A stretch of DNA of 64,000 nt from Octopus sinensis. Its lineage: Eukaryota. Where the stretch lies: the NCBI RefSeq assembly GCF_006345805.1, contig NC_042998.1, positions 131,068,001-131,132,000 of the forward strand. The letters are read 5' to 3'. Made by a program: the position numbers and the translations under genes. A model generated the notes under the pieces. The model had not been told where the DNA came from, ran no database searches, and saw only the letters and a program-made list of their open reading frames with translations. Below are positions 40,134 through 52,732 of this stretch, one piece after another (within the stretch, counting starts at the first letter, position 1; each line of letters begins with the position of its first letter).

Positions 40134-40458
40134 ATACTATCATTGCTGAATCTCTCAAAGAGAGACATTCAGTCACAGTTCCTTAAAGTAAAGGCTATTT
40201 GCCAACATAATGTGGCTGTCCTGTAAAAGGCTATGTTACTTGGCCATCTTGCCAAGCAGCTACTCTGTTGATAAAGTGCAATAACCAGAAACTAGTCCAC
40301 AAATGTTGTGTCGTATAACCAGCTAGGAACGATGTTTCTTGGGGATAAAACAGGAACATCGTTCATTTCAAGACTACCACATTATGTTAGCAAATAGCCT
40401 CTACTTTAAAAATCTCTCACTGAATGTCTCTCTTTGAGAGATTTAGAAATAATACTAT
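40134..40458. mobile_element. MITE with ~90-bp TIRs; inverted partial second copy at 39918-40070
   Basis: aatctctcaaagagagacattcagt...ggctatttgccaacataatgtgg inverted at 40372-40455; internal segments re-occur inverted at 39960-40000 and 40047-40065. Confidence 0.75.
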
Positions 40459-40479
40459 ATATATATATATATGTTTGTG

Positions 40480-40519
<40 letters not shown>

Positions 40520-40954
40520 TATATATGTGTACGTGTATGTGTGTATGTGTATGCATGTATGCACTTTTCATTTCTTTAGAATTATTTAATTATCATGGAA
40601 GTTGGAACTGTTTTTCTCGTGTGTATATCAGTGTAGAAGTATAGGATAATATGTATTTAAAGAAAAGCAAGTCAAGCTATTATTCTTAAGTCACAAAACT
40701 AAAATCACCAATAATCATTGTTTCAAAGGCTTTACACATTACGGAAACAGAGAATAATTTCATTATTTGTCTGAAATAGAAGAAAATGTATGCCGATATA
40801 ATCACATTAAGAAAGAATTGCATCAAATTATGCACTCATTTATTAAACTTTAGCAGAAAAATAATCTTCATATGTTATTAAATAGAATTGAGTAGAACTT
40901 TATTAACTCTGTATATGTAAAGAAAACAGAGAAACCTCAAGTATAGCACTTAAG

Positions 40955-41007
<53 letters not shown>

Positions 41008-41212
41008 TGTGTGCTATATGTGTAATATACAAATATAGATATACATACGCACACATATGTATAATATTTATATATAATACAAAAACACGACTGTTGTAAG
41101 AGACGAGAGCATCCAACACCAGCCTGGTAGAATTTATTAATGTCATTTACGTGCCTGTATATGTATAGAGTTAATATGTAGACGTATGTCATGCTTGGTC
41201 TCTCTATGCCTA

Positions 41213-41253
<41 letters not shown>

Positions 41254-41294
41254 TACGTTATAACTGATTATGACGAAGCACACGTACACACATA

Positions 41295-41368
<74 letters not shown>

Positions 41369-41984
41369 CATACACACACACTCACATACGTATTTATTTA
41401 TATAAACTTATGTACGTATATACACGCGTACTTATATCTCAGCTAGATAATTAATATTTTAAATATTTTAAAATATTTCAAATTTAAAAAATAATAATAT
41501 TGTATATTTAATACACAGTTATTTGAAACAATAACTGCTTATCATGTATTCAACATAAAAATTGCAATAATATTTTAAATACATTATTCTCCTTATCACT
41601 GGTTGATTAAATTCGATTTAGAAGTGAGAATAGATGTCTCTGAATTATTTGTTTAATCTAATTTGGTTTCAATCTTACCTTAAACTTTTCCACTTTTTCG
41701 TACGGATCTTGGAAAATGTATTTGCATAAATATACCAGTTAATTCTGCTCAAATTTGTATAACTCTGTCTGTGTAACTATTGATAAAATATAGGTAAGTA
41801 AGCCCATCAACAGTCGATAAAAATACAAAACATTTCTTAATATTGATGAGCTATCAATCAAAAATATCAAAAATCAAACCGTTAAAAATTAAAACATTCG
41901 TCACTGGAAACACCTTCAGTTTTGACACAACGGAAATCTTCGATGTGACCGCTGATGGAAGAGATGGCTGAACCAGCACTTGGC

Positions 41985-42110
41985 TGGTGCTCTTTTACAA
42001 TTGAGTAGACTGGAGCAATGTGGAACGAAGTGACTTGCTCAAGGACATAATGGATCTTCTGGACTAAGATAAGTTCCTCAGTCGAGAGCCTTAACCGTTA
42101 GGCCAGGCAA
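41985..42110 (-). mobile_element. Decayed SINE
   Basis: Reverse complement has tggcctaacggttaagg head and ccttgagcaagtcacttc body. Confidence 0.45.
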
Positions 42111-43402
42111 CTTTTGAAGAAAGTTTGTAAGTAATTTTTTAAAACAAGTTCGTTATAACTGAAAATACTATTTATTCAACGAAGAGCCAAAGATACTTAC
42201 CTTATGAAATAAATGAATTATTTCGTTTTCTTTTGTTTTCCAAATTTCAGCAGAAATAACTGTGATTTCCAAATGTTATGAGTTTCTAATAACTAAAGAC
42301 AAATAGATATTGTGTTATGTACCCAAAACATAAACAAATTGAATGGCTATCCAAAAATATATTGAGACATTGAGATTTTTCTATATATAATACAATGTAC
42401 AAATTCATACAATCATAATCCATATCTCAAATATACGGGTTACTTGCAAAGGAATTAATTTGAATTTGGACAGGTAATATCATTCGTATCTTTTATTTAA
42501 TGAGCAAAAGATGTTTGACAAACTTACTTTTAATAGGGCTTTAACAATCATATTTAAAGCCTTTCTTATATGTAGCAAGAGTTCTTTGAAACGTATTATA
42601 TCGTATCATCCATTTCTTTACCTCAAGTGAAATACTGTAAAGCTTATGAGAGATGCATTCTTCCTATCTCGCTCTCTTTCTTTCTACCTATCTACCACTT
42701 TATCTGTATTCCCGTTTCATTTTTTCCCACATATCTTTTTATCGTTCCTTATATGTTTCTCCATTCATCCTTTATGAAAAATCGATACGAGACTTCGCTT
42801 ACATATCAAAATAAGGCAAATCCAGTTAGGCATCTCTGCTTTATACTATTCAAGAAAGTAATGATTTTGTTTTTACTTTGTTTTCTCCAATTGTCGATGT
42901 ATTTTCTAATGTGATTTATACAAATATTGTGTAATATTTTTCTCTAATGTTGTTCGACCTTCGAAGAAAATCTGGATCAAGTCGATACGAAGAATAGAAA
43001 CGCTCGATGTTTGGTGCTAAAATATATTAAGAATATTATTGAATTATGATTAGAACTTTCATTTGATTAATTTCACACAGACACAAGTTCACAATATTGA
43101 TTATACACACGCACGCACTCATATATACATACATACCTACATATATATGTAGGTATATATATTATATATATAATATATATTATATATTATATATATAATA
43201 TATTATATATATATATATTATATATAATATATATGTATATATATGCATATTTGTAGATATAGCTATATGTATATATGTATATATACATATACGTTTACAT
43301 TTCAGCTTTTTCACACCTAGACTCAACAGCACTTTTTTAGTTTGCTCCTGATCTTTCATAAGGTGAATACTTTTTGACATACATAAACACACATATATAT
43401 AT

Positions 43403-43465
<63 letters not shown>

Positions 43466-43466
43466 G

Positions 43467-43499
<33 letters not shown>

Positions 43500-43569
43500 A
43501 TATATATATATATATTATATATATATATCCGAATATATTATTTGCTACTTCCTCCATTGATGCATTCCT

Positions 43570-43690
43570 TTTATTACCCTAAGGAGGACAGTAGTATGTA
43601 ATTAATTTAATTTAATTAGATCAATTTTAAATTATTCTACCATGTCTTTTACATGTTAATATTGCAGTTCGAAACGATCGTATGCACGTA
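43570..43690 (+). ncRNA. Decayed type-I hammerhead-like motif
   Basis: CTAAGGA GGAC-A-GTAGTAT...ATATTGC-A-GTTC GAA ACGATCGT A; G5A change, long stem II, same palindrome as 32.9 and 55.5 kb; stem I poor. Confidence 0.45.
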
Positions 43691-43840
43691 TTACAATACT
43701 TTTATTAAAATTTTAACATCTCTTTTCCATCTTTAACAGTTTGTTGAGTTTCTATCAGATATCGTTCCATAAATTCTCATCATATATCATTTACATATAT
43801 ACATATATAAATACACGCACATATATATACAATATATATA

Positions 43841-43896
<56 letters not shown>

Positions 43897-43995
43897 TATA
43901 TAGATATATATATATATATATACATACACGCACATATATATATATATATATATATATTAAATTGATCAAAATAAAAACATGATGCGAAGGACTCA

Positions 43996-44028
43996 GCGGT
44001 ACATATGTTTCGGGCCTTTATTAGACAG
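43996..44028 (-). ncRNA. Decayed hammerhead-like motif
   Basis: Minus: CTAATAA AGGCCC GAA ACATATGT A; perfect palindromic stem III, two G-to-A core changes, stem I not recoverable. Confidence 0.3.
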
Positions 44029-44139
44029 ATTTATAACATCGCATCATGTTTTTATTTTGATCAATTTACTCCACCACTCCACCACCCCACCAACGGTATA
44101 CACATGTGCTTATAATTATCAAGTACTCACCCCCGAATT

Positions 44140-44253
44140 TCTATATTATATATATAATATATATATATATACATACACGCACATATATATAATATATATA
44201 TAATATATATAATATATATGCTATATAGATAAATATATATATATACATACACG

Positions 44254-44289
<36 letters not shown>

Positions 44290-44868
44290 TATATATATAT
44301 ATATATATATATATACGTATGTGTATATATATGTATACTATATATACGTATGTATATATATATAATACATGTACCATACACATAAGTATATATATATATA
44401 TAATGCATGTATACATACACATAAGTATATATATAAATGCATGTATACATACACAAGTATTTATAAAAATACATATATACATACACATATATATATATAT
44501 ATAAATACATATATACATACACATATATATATATGAATACATATATACATACACATATGTATACATATAAATACATATATATAGACATATGTACACATAT
44601 ATATAAATACATATATATAGACATATGTGCATATATATATAAATACATATATTTACACATATGTACATATATATATAAATACATATATATACAAATATGT
44701 ACATATATAATATATATATATATTATATACATATATACATACACATATGTATATATATATATATATGTACATACATATATATTTGTATATATACATACAT
44801 ATTTATATGTATATATATGCTTATGTATATGTATATACATGTATATATCTGTATAGAATACATGAATG

Positions 44869-44922
<54 letters not shown>

Positions 44923-45160
44923 TGTATATATTCGCATATATATATATATATATATTTATATCTATATATATATATATATATGCATATACATATATATATA
45001 TGCACTTATACATGTATATATATATATATGTATGTATATATATATGTATATATATATATGTGTATATATACATGCATATGTATATATATTTATATGTCTA
45101 TATATATATATATATATATATATACATACGTATATGTATATGTATATGTATATGTATATA
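44140..45160. repeat. ~1-kb compound (TA)/(TACA)/(TATG) array with an internal ~36-bp minisatellite
   Basis: Unit taaatacatatatatagacatatgtacacatatata recurs with variants at ~44390-44720. Confidence 0.9.
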
Positions 45161-45536
45161 TCCAACCGATCTTGAAGAAACTTGGCACGTGTGTGTGTGA
45201 CCTATGCCCATGTGGCCACTTACGTACTTCGAATTTCCAAAAAACGATAATCTGTAATGAGTACCGATATTTCAAATTGAATAGGACATTTCAGTGCAAA
45301 TTCTCTTGTGAATGCTATTTTTTGTCATAACTTTTAAAGTTTTCAACTTATTTTCTTGCAATTTTATGCACAGATAGAATATGTGCTAAGGATGGTTTGA
45401 GAGAAATCAGTTTTTACCTAGACTACTCAAGCAAAACGTAAGATGATATTTTATAAACTGATTTAACGATATTTGGCGTAAATTGTTGTTGGATTAAAAT
45501 GTACATCAATCATTGCCGCATTCTCACCTTGCTGTA

Positions 45537-45722
45537 ACATGTATTTTGTTAACACCTACACTTAAAATGATCGATTCTAAACGTTGGAGCCTCGTGTGCT
45601 AAAACATATAACATGCATTTTCTGAACACCTGCACTGAAAATTATCGATTATAAACGTTGAAACGTTGTGTGCTAAAACATATGACACGTATTTTCTGAA
45701 CACCTGTAATAAAAATTTTCGG
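45537..45722 (+). repeat. ~74-bp tandem repeat, about 2.5 copies
   Basis: ...tcgatt.taaacgttg.a.c.t.gtgtgctaaaacatat.aca.g.attttctgaacacctg recurs in tandem. Confidence 0.85.
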
Positions 45723-46219
45723 TACTAACCGAAATTTAATTCTGACGATCAGTGGAACTATACCTATGAAACACAGTAGTCAAATTAAGTGCCTTTTCAC
45801 TAAATAATTTTTGTCTACTTTTCACACCTTTATGTTCTTTTTTTTTTTTTTCATAGCACTCCTTTACAATTCCCGTCTTGATGTTTCCACTGATTATATA
45901 TTTGCAGCTTCAAACGATTGTCGTTTTTGCGATTTCATTTTTACACACAAACATTTTGAATATATGTACGTTGGTTTATGTCTAGCGAAACAGAGAGGAG
46001 TGCGCAATATATTCTGTAGAGCTTATGGTATGTCGTTTTTTCTTTTCCTGTATTTTCGGAAACGGAGCTCAGAGTTTGTCTAGCGACTCGAATCTCACCC
46101 CACTACGATCTTCAGAATTCCCAGGTTTCTTGACTGAAACCTGAATGACGTGAAACACGAATCACGCGACAGACTCGCAGTTTTAAATTTAAAAATACGC
46201 ATACGTTTACGATAACATG

Positions 46220-46900
46220 CAGCAACAACTATGCTCTGGAGCATATTGTGTGATACACATGAGCAACAGCGCCTCATTTCATGTACATATCGCCAAGATG
46301 GTGACGATATGCAGGCGAATGGACAGATGGATTCTAAGACCTTTCAGAACAAGGGACCAGAAATCTATGCTGGTTTTATGGAGGACGTTAGTTCTCAGCC
46401 GCATGGATTACTGTTTTCAAATGTGTTAATCCCACAGTCTACAATTGATACACCAGGAAGATTGTATCAACGTAACAACTGACACACTGGAAGAGACTGA
46501 AAATGTTAAGACTGCACTCCCTGGAGCAAAGACGGGTGACATATGCGGGGATATACATTTGGAAGTTCCTACAGAGGCTAGCACCTAACTTTGACATCAA
46601 GGGTTATACCAGCCTCCGAACTAGAATCAATACATTGTTACAAAGATCCCACCTATCCCTTCTGAAGTAAGGACCAGGTACTGCAACAGCTTAATATTCA
46701 AAGCCCCACAGCTTTTTAATATCTTGCCAAAAACGTCTGAGATATCTGCATGGAGTGAGGGTAGATGTGTTAGAAAAACTTGAACTTCTGCTATCCCAGT
46801 TCCTAAATGAACCTACATCATGGTAAGAAACTCAAAAGATGGCAACAATATCAAACTCCCAGCTTCACCAAAGGTCAATCACAAAGGCATGGCCATTGAA
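46220..46900 (+). mobile_element. CR1/L2-group LINE 3' end
   Basis: HMSNSASFHVHI..WILRPFRTRD..LVLWRTLVLSRMDYC..HWKRLKMLRLHSLEQRR..YIWK. Confidence 0.85.
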
Positions 46901-46997
46901 TTGATGAGAATTCAGTCTGTGTCTCAGCCTGACTACAGCCTTTGGGCTAACACGCATAAATGATTACATAAACACATAAACTCATACGTGCACGCAC

Positions 46998-47097
46998 TGG
47001 GTGACACCTTCCTCAAGTGACCTCTAGCATAACCTCGGGCTGACCAACCCTTTGTGAGTGGATCTGGTAAACGGAAAGTGAAAGAAGACCATTGTAT
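46998..47097 (+). mobile_element. SINE fragment followed by (TG)n
   Basis: Aligns with 27455-27545. Confidence 0.7.
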
Positions 47098-47110
47098 GTG
47101 TGTGTGTGTT

Positions 47111-47207
<97 letters not shown>

Positions 47208-49037
47208 TGGTGTATGAGGAAAATTAAAGTATGTCCAGAAATGCTGGGAAAGAGGTATTTCACGCTCGGATACGTTTTGAGAATTTAAAAGCTACACGTT
47301 CTACTTAGCCAAAAGTCTCCTTTCAGTGTAAATAGGTAATAATCTGAAAACTATAACCACCATGCACACATACATACATACATACATACATACATACATA
47401 CATACATACATACATACATACATACATACATACTCATATATACAGTATATATTTAATAATAACAGTCATTCTAGGATGATAGGAAAATTGCAGCAAGAAT
47501 GTGAGAGAGAAAATTGAGTGCATCTCATCTATTTTTCATATATTTAACGGGATTCTCAAAATGGGACAGCTTTATGATGCATAGGTAGACAAATATTATG
47601 GACAGAAAGTATCCATGATTTGTTTTCCACAAGAAGAATATCTTACATCATGTTCAGAATAATGTGGCTGATGCAAATGGGGTTGCGTTAAAGATGTGTT
47701 TTACTTGTTTTCTGTCCCACGGTGAATATTTATCTAACGAGAACTGATGTTGTTAGAAGAAAAGCAAACTGAGAATACATGTGAGAATAAAGAAATTCCA
47801 ACAATCATACTAATGTTTACTAATGTTCACTACAAAGAATATTGCTAAAATTGTTGGCAATTAGATAAATGTCTGCAAGTTTTTGCTGATAACCCTAACG
47901 ATGGAACTTAACAGAAAAATTACAAGACTAGTTAGCAATGATTTTGTTCCTACAGTTGCTGTACAAATAGATGGTGTATCATAGACATCAAGCAATTTTG
48001 GATATTCTTAACCCCTCAAATAAGTATTGATGACGGACTGTAATAAAAAGATAGGGCAACTCATCTTCCATGTGACTCTCAGTCCGCCCTTCACACAGTC
48101 GTCAACATCTTTCGTGGCAAGTGCGTGCCTTACTACGATATTCCGATTATCCATCCGCTGATGTTTTTCACTTTTTGAATTTCTCTTTACGACATTCCTA
48201 TACTTGTTATATGAACTGGAAATACGAGGGACTCTAATTAGAATTCATAATACTAGAATATAAGTAAAACTCTAAAACTCGATTCTAAACAATTACTCGC
48301 AAGAACCATGTACAAAAGTTTACATATTCTACTTGATATTCCTAAGTAAACACTAAAAGACAGCTAGGGGGATTTTGTTTACCAGTTTCGTCCCATCCGA
48401 GGTTTAAATGTACTCCCAACTTTCTGTTTCTCGACTTCTTCCTAAAGTTTGAAGCCGTCAGTCACTCATTAGTAAATACAATAAATAAAATCAACAGATT
48501 TCTTAATTTGGCACATTTCTCTACATTTATTGAGAGTTATACATCTATTGAAGAATCTGTCATCAAACGAAGTTTGTTACCGATTCTTATACTTGCTCTG
48601 ACTGCACTAAAGCTGATGTGTATCAATTATTGACATCAAAACCTTTTGATGTTTAGACACACGTGGTTTATGTAGCTATGAAGTAAAACATGCCTTCGCA
48701 AAACCTTATAGATCATCAACCTCAGCTGATCATTTATATAAAAATGGGGTCCCATTGGGCACAACAGCTTTGGGTATAGAAAAAACATTGAGTAGCAATA
48801 ACTCTGATGCCTTTTATCTTAGTTAAGCAGCAATAGCTAGGACACCAACAATAATTATCACTCATCAATTTCGAGTATCGAGTATAGAAATAAAGCCATA
48901 GATACATAAGCATGGAACATATGAAGATAAAAAAACTATATACACTGCAAAGAATAAAAGTGTGTGCGCTACTGAGTGGTGTATGAATTGTATGAATGTG
49001 TTAAAATATAAAGTTAATAAAGTGCTTACATTGAAGT

Positions 49038-51584
49038 CTATTCGTGGAGTTGATTGGCAATAAGTCTGTAGAACCACATTTTGTCGAATATAGCGTCAAT
49101 ATCTTTGAGAATGTCGTAAGTGTTGTCTACAGCAACGCTTTCAATTACGTCTATGAGAGTGAGGTTGAGGATTGACTTGGTAACAGCTTCATTAATCGCA
49201 ACAGAAACACTATCTGTAATACCTCGTATGACATTATTACAAATTCTTGTAGCTGTTTTCTCGGTAGGTTCCATAGCAACCACTTTACCAATTTCTTTCG
49301 TGACTGCAGTGCTTATCTCCATAATAACAGCTGTGCTAATTTGCAGTGATACTACTTTGCTGACTTCCAATGTGACAGCTTTACATATTCCTATCGTAAC
49401 GGCTTTACTGATTTCTTTAGCAACCGCTCTACTAATCTCCAATGTTACGGCATTACTAATCATCAATGACACAGACCTAGTGATATCCACGATTTTGCGT
49501 CTCTCTGCATCACAGTTTTGAATAACATTCAGTCCTACAGCTTTGCAGATCTCTGTTGCAACCGATAAACTGACTTGCATTGCAATATCTTTACTGATCT
49601 TGTTAGTTACTGCTTCGCTTATCTCTGAGGTAATGGCTTTACTAATGCCCTGAATGACGGCCTTAGCTATATCGATGGCAATGGCTTCACTGATCTCTTT
49701 GGTGACCATTTGACAGATTTGAAATGTCACACTTTTGCTTATGTTCTTGCAAAATGATTTGTTGACCTCATTGGTAACCGTTTTCTTGATATTTGAACAC
49801 ACCTGCCTGCAGATTTCTATAGGCACTGCTTTGTTAATTTCTGAGGAAATAGCATTAATAATCTCACTCGTTGCCGCCTCGGTGATATCCATATTAATTT
49901 CTTTATTCAATTCCAGTAACACACACTCTTCAAATCCCTTTACAACTGCGTTTCTGATTGCCATAATAATTTTATTGCTTATTATCCTTTCCACGACTGG
50001 ATTGCTGTGGATACTAACGTTTTGAATTCGCTTAGTAATTACGCCGCTAATATCCAGGCTGATGGTGTTGCTGAGGTTCTTCAAAACTTCAAAACTAATA
50101 TCAATGGAGATATCCTTCTTAATATCCATGGTAATGCTTTTGCTAATAACTTTGGACACACCTTTCCCAATGCGCGCTGTAACATCTTTGCTAATAGTCA
50201 TCGAGAGGCGCCTGTCGCTCTCGATGGTAATTCCGTCTTTGATCTTTTCGGCTACGATGGTACCGGTGTCTTGCAATTCATCAAACTTGCTGATTGCCAT
50301 AGAAACAGCATTTTTAACTTCTCTCTCAACATCACTGCTAAAATCTAGTGATATAGTTTTACTAACGATGTCTGTTATGATGCCACTACTAATTACTTGT
50401 GTCAGGTCATTGCAGATGTCAATCACTAAATTCTCGCTCACACCCTTGGAAACTGCTTTATTGATTTCTTGGTGAATGGTCCCATCTATCTCCATAGTTA
50501 CAGCTTTAAAAATATCTTTGCTAACATAGTCGCTAATAATGTTGTCAACTTCTATGTAGCAACTCTTGTAAGGACAGGGACTCTTGCTGATCTCCAAAGC
50601 CACTGCTTTGTTCACTTCCTCGGACATAGCCTGACTGATTTCTATAGTAACAGCGTCTATTATCTCTTTGTCAATAACCTTGCTGATATCAGCGGAAGCC
50701 TTTTTGCTAATTTTACTAATAACATCTTTTGTGATCACTCGGGTCACAGTTTGACTGATATGCCTAGTTACTGCCATACTGATTTCGCTAGTAATGGCAT
50801 TGTTAATCTCTAAGGCAACAGCCTTGCTAATTTCCCGTGTGACCGCTTTGCAAACCTCTCTGATAACACACGTGGGAACTTCTATATTCGCTGATTCACC
50901 AATTTGTACATCCATAGCTTTCCACATATTCTCTGATACAAGTTTGTTAATCTCCTTACCAATACATTTGCATATATAAGCCATAACGGATTTGCTTATC
51001 CCACTGGTCACGGCTTTGTTAATCTGCATCGTAACTGCTTTATCAATCTCTTTGGTTATGATATTGCAAACTTCTGTTGTAACAGCTTCACCAATTTTCA
51101 AAGCAACAACTTTACCAATCCCCATGGTAACGCATTTGCTTATCTCCAAAATCGCAGCATTTTTCAAATCGTGTGATATCGGATAAATGTTCTTTTTTTT
51201 CATAGCTTCGGTAATCTCAGTAGTAACAGCTGTGGTAATTTTTGATTTAATAGCTTCGTTAATGTCAATAGTTACAGATTTACGAATCTCTTTGGCGACG
51301 CTTGTACTTATCTGCAAAGTAAGAGGTTTGTTAATCGCCAGAGTGATGAAATTTTGAATTTCTGTTGTAACAGATTTGCTAATCTTCGTGGAAACAGCTT
51401 TAGAAATGTTAAGACTGACAGTTTTACTGTCAATATCGAACTGTACAGCTTTTCTAACCTTCCTAGCAACAGCCTTACATATCTCCGTGGTAACAATTCT
51501 ACTGATTTCCATAGCAACAGTTCCACTGATATCCATGGTAACAGCTTTGCTGATCTGAATATTTTCAGCGTTAGGGGTTTTCAT
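49038..51584 (-). CDS. Uncharacterised 848-aa octapeptide-repeat protein (consensus ISKAVTxE, ~100 repeats)
   Basis: 2547-bp uninterrupted ATG-to-TAG ORF in AT-rich DNA where all neighbouring TE ORFs are broken; strict 8-residue phase (I at 1, V/I at 5, E/D at 8) while the DNA units are strongly diverged; in-frame TAA 2 codons before ATG; no TE motifs, no signal peptide, no obvious TM segment. Confidence 0.8.
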   Translation of the reverse strand: MKTPNAENIQISKAVTMDISGTVAMEISRIVTTEICKAVARKVRKAVQFDIDSKTVSLNISKAVSTKISKSVTTEIQNFITLAINKPLTLQISTSVAKEIRKSVTIDINEAIKSKITTAVTTEITEAMKKKNIYPISHDLKNAAILEISKCVTMGIGKVVALKIGEAVTTEVCNIITKEIDKAVTMQINKAVTSGISKSVMAYICKCIGKEINKLVSENMWKAMDVQIGESANIEVPTCVIREVCKAVTREISKAVALEINNAITSEISMAVTRHISQTVTRVITKDVISKISKKASADISKVIDKEIIDAVTIEISQAMSEEVNKAVALEISKSPCPYKSCYIEVDNIISDYVSKDIFKAVTMEIDGTIHQEINKAVSKGVSENLVIDICNDLTQVISSGIITDIVSKTISLDFSSDVEREVKNAVSMAISKFDELQDTGTIVAEKIKDGITIESDRRLSMTISKDVTARIGKGVSKVISKSITMDIKKDISIDISFEVLKNLSNTISLDISGVITKRIQNVSIHSNPVVERIISNKIIMAIRNAVVKGFEECVLLELNKEINMDITEAATSEIINAISSEINKAVPIEICRQVCSNIKKTVTNEVNKSFCKNISKSVTFQICQMVTKEISEAIAIDIAKAVIQGISKAITSEISEAVTNKISKDIAMQVSLSVATEICKAVGLNVIQNCDAERRKIVDITRSVSLMISNAVTLEISRAVAKEISKAVTIGICKAVTLEVSKVVSLQISTAVIMEISTAVTKEIGKVVAMEPTEKTATRICNNVIRGITDSVSVAINEAVTKSILNLTLIDVIESVAVDNTYDILKDIDAIFDKMWFYRLIANQLHE

Positions 51585-51859
51585 AGCTTAGCAGTTTTAC
51601 TGCCCTTAAAATGACAAAAATGACTTTCACCGACGCTGTTCTTTTCCCCAGCTTCGCTGCAATCTTTAAATTGAGAATTGGAAAACTTCAAAGATCACCA
51701 TAGTAACCGTTTGGTTTGTTGCTATGACAATAGCAACAAATGTTGATAGCATGAAAAGTCCTTTAAACGTCAGAATAGAAAACAAAAAGACAAAAGCAAG
51801 ATTAGAAATTTTAATGTGTGCGTATATATACGTACTTACAAACATATATCCATACATAC

Positions 51860-51879
51860 ATATGTATATATATATAAAA

Positions 51880-51921
<42 letters not shown>

Positions 51922-51948
51922 ATATATTTGCATATATATATATATATA

Positions 51949-51985
<37 letters not shown>

Positions 51986-52111
51986 TGTGTGTGTGTATAT
52001 GTACATATAATATACTGTATATATATATATGTATATATAAATATACATATATATATATATGCATGTATAGATATACTGTATATATATATATACTGTATAC
52101 ATATATAACAG

Positions 52112-52145
<34 letters not shown>
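51860..52145. repeat. (TA)n-dominated microsatellite upstream of the 848-aa ORF
   Basis: Directly visible. Confidence 0.95.
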
Positions 52146-52148
<3 letters not shown>

Positions 52149-52234
52149 ATCCAAACATGAAAACACAAAGAGAAAACAACAACAACGCGAGGACGTGGAA
52201 CAAATATAGTATCAGGAAGGAAGGGAAGAAGGGG

Positions 52235-52270
52235 GTTTAACATTTCGAGCGGAGCTCTTCGTCGGAAACA
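52235..52270 (-). ncRNA. Minimal type-I hammerhead-like motif, core variant CCGACGA
   Basis: Minus: TGTTT CCGACGA A GAGC TCC GCTC GAA ATGT T AAAC; perfect stem II, stem I GTTT/AAAC differs compensatorily from CTTT/AAAG of the 9.1-kb copy. Confidence 0.5.
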
Positions 52271-52571
52271 TAGGAGAAGGAAAGATCCAGAGAAGGGAAG
52301 ACAGAAGAAAAAAAATCACCAACGGTACACACGCGGTCACATTTTGACATATACTTACTGTATATATATAGTATTCTATCTGCGCACATCTATCTATGTA
52401 TGTTGATGTATATATGTATAGTTTAATATGAATATGTACTGTTGTGTAATATTTTAATGCATTTTAACATTTTGATTTCAATTTTCATGTATTAATTATA
52501 TTTCCTTTATTAATGACAATATGTATTTTAACCAAAGATTCGATGTAAGGTTTTTTCCTCGAATTTCATAA

Positions 52572-52604
<33 letters not shown>

Positions 52605-52732
52605 AGCTCATTTTTGTTTATCGCTCGAAAATTGACCGTTATTTGTAAAGGACCAATCAAACAAGTCCATTTTTAAAGGCGTAGCGTTTATACTAGTCTG
52701 GATAGAATTGACATATCGGTTCTATTCTAGCA

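Noticed and set aside
45537-45722. Repeat-spacer (CRISPR-like) reading of the tandem repeat
   Set aside because: Units are contiguous with no unique spacers; eukaryotic context, no cas genes
49120-51614. Plus-strand and alternate-frame ORFs overlapping the 848-aa ORF
   Set aside because: Antisense or off-frame shadows of the repetitive codon pattern; short and fragmented
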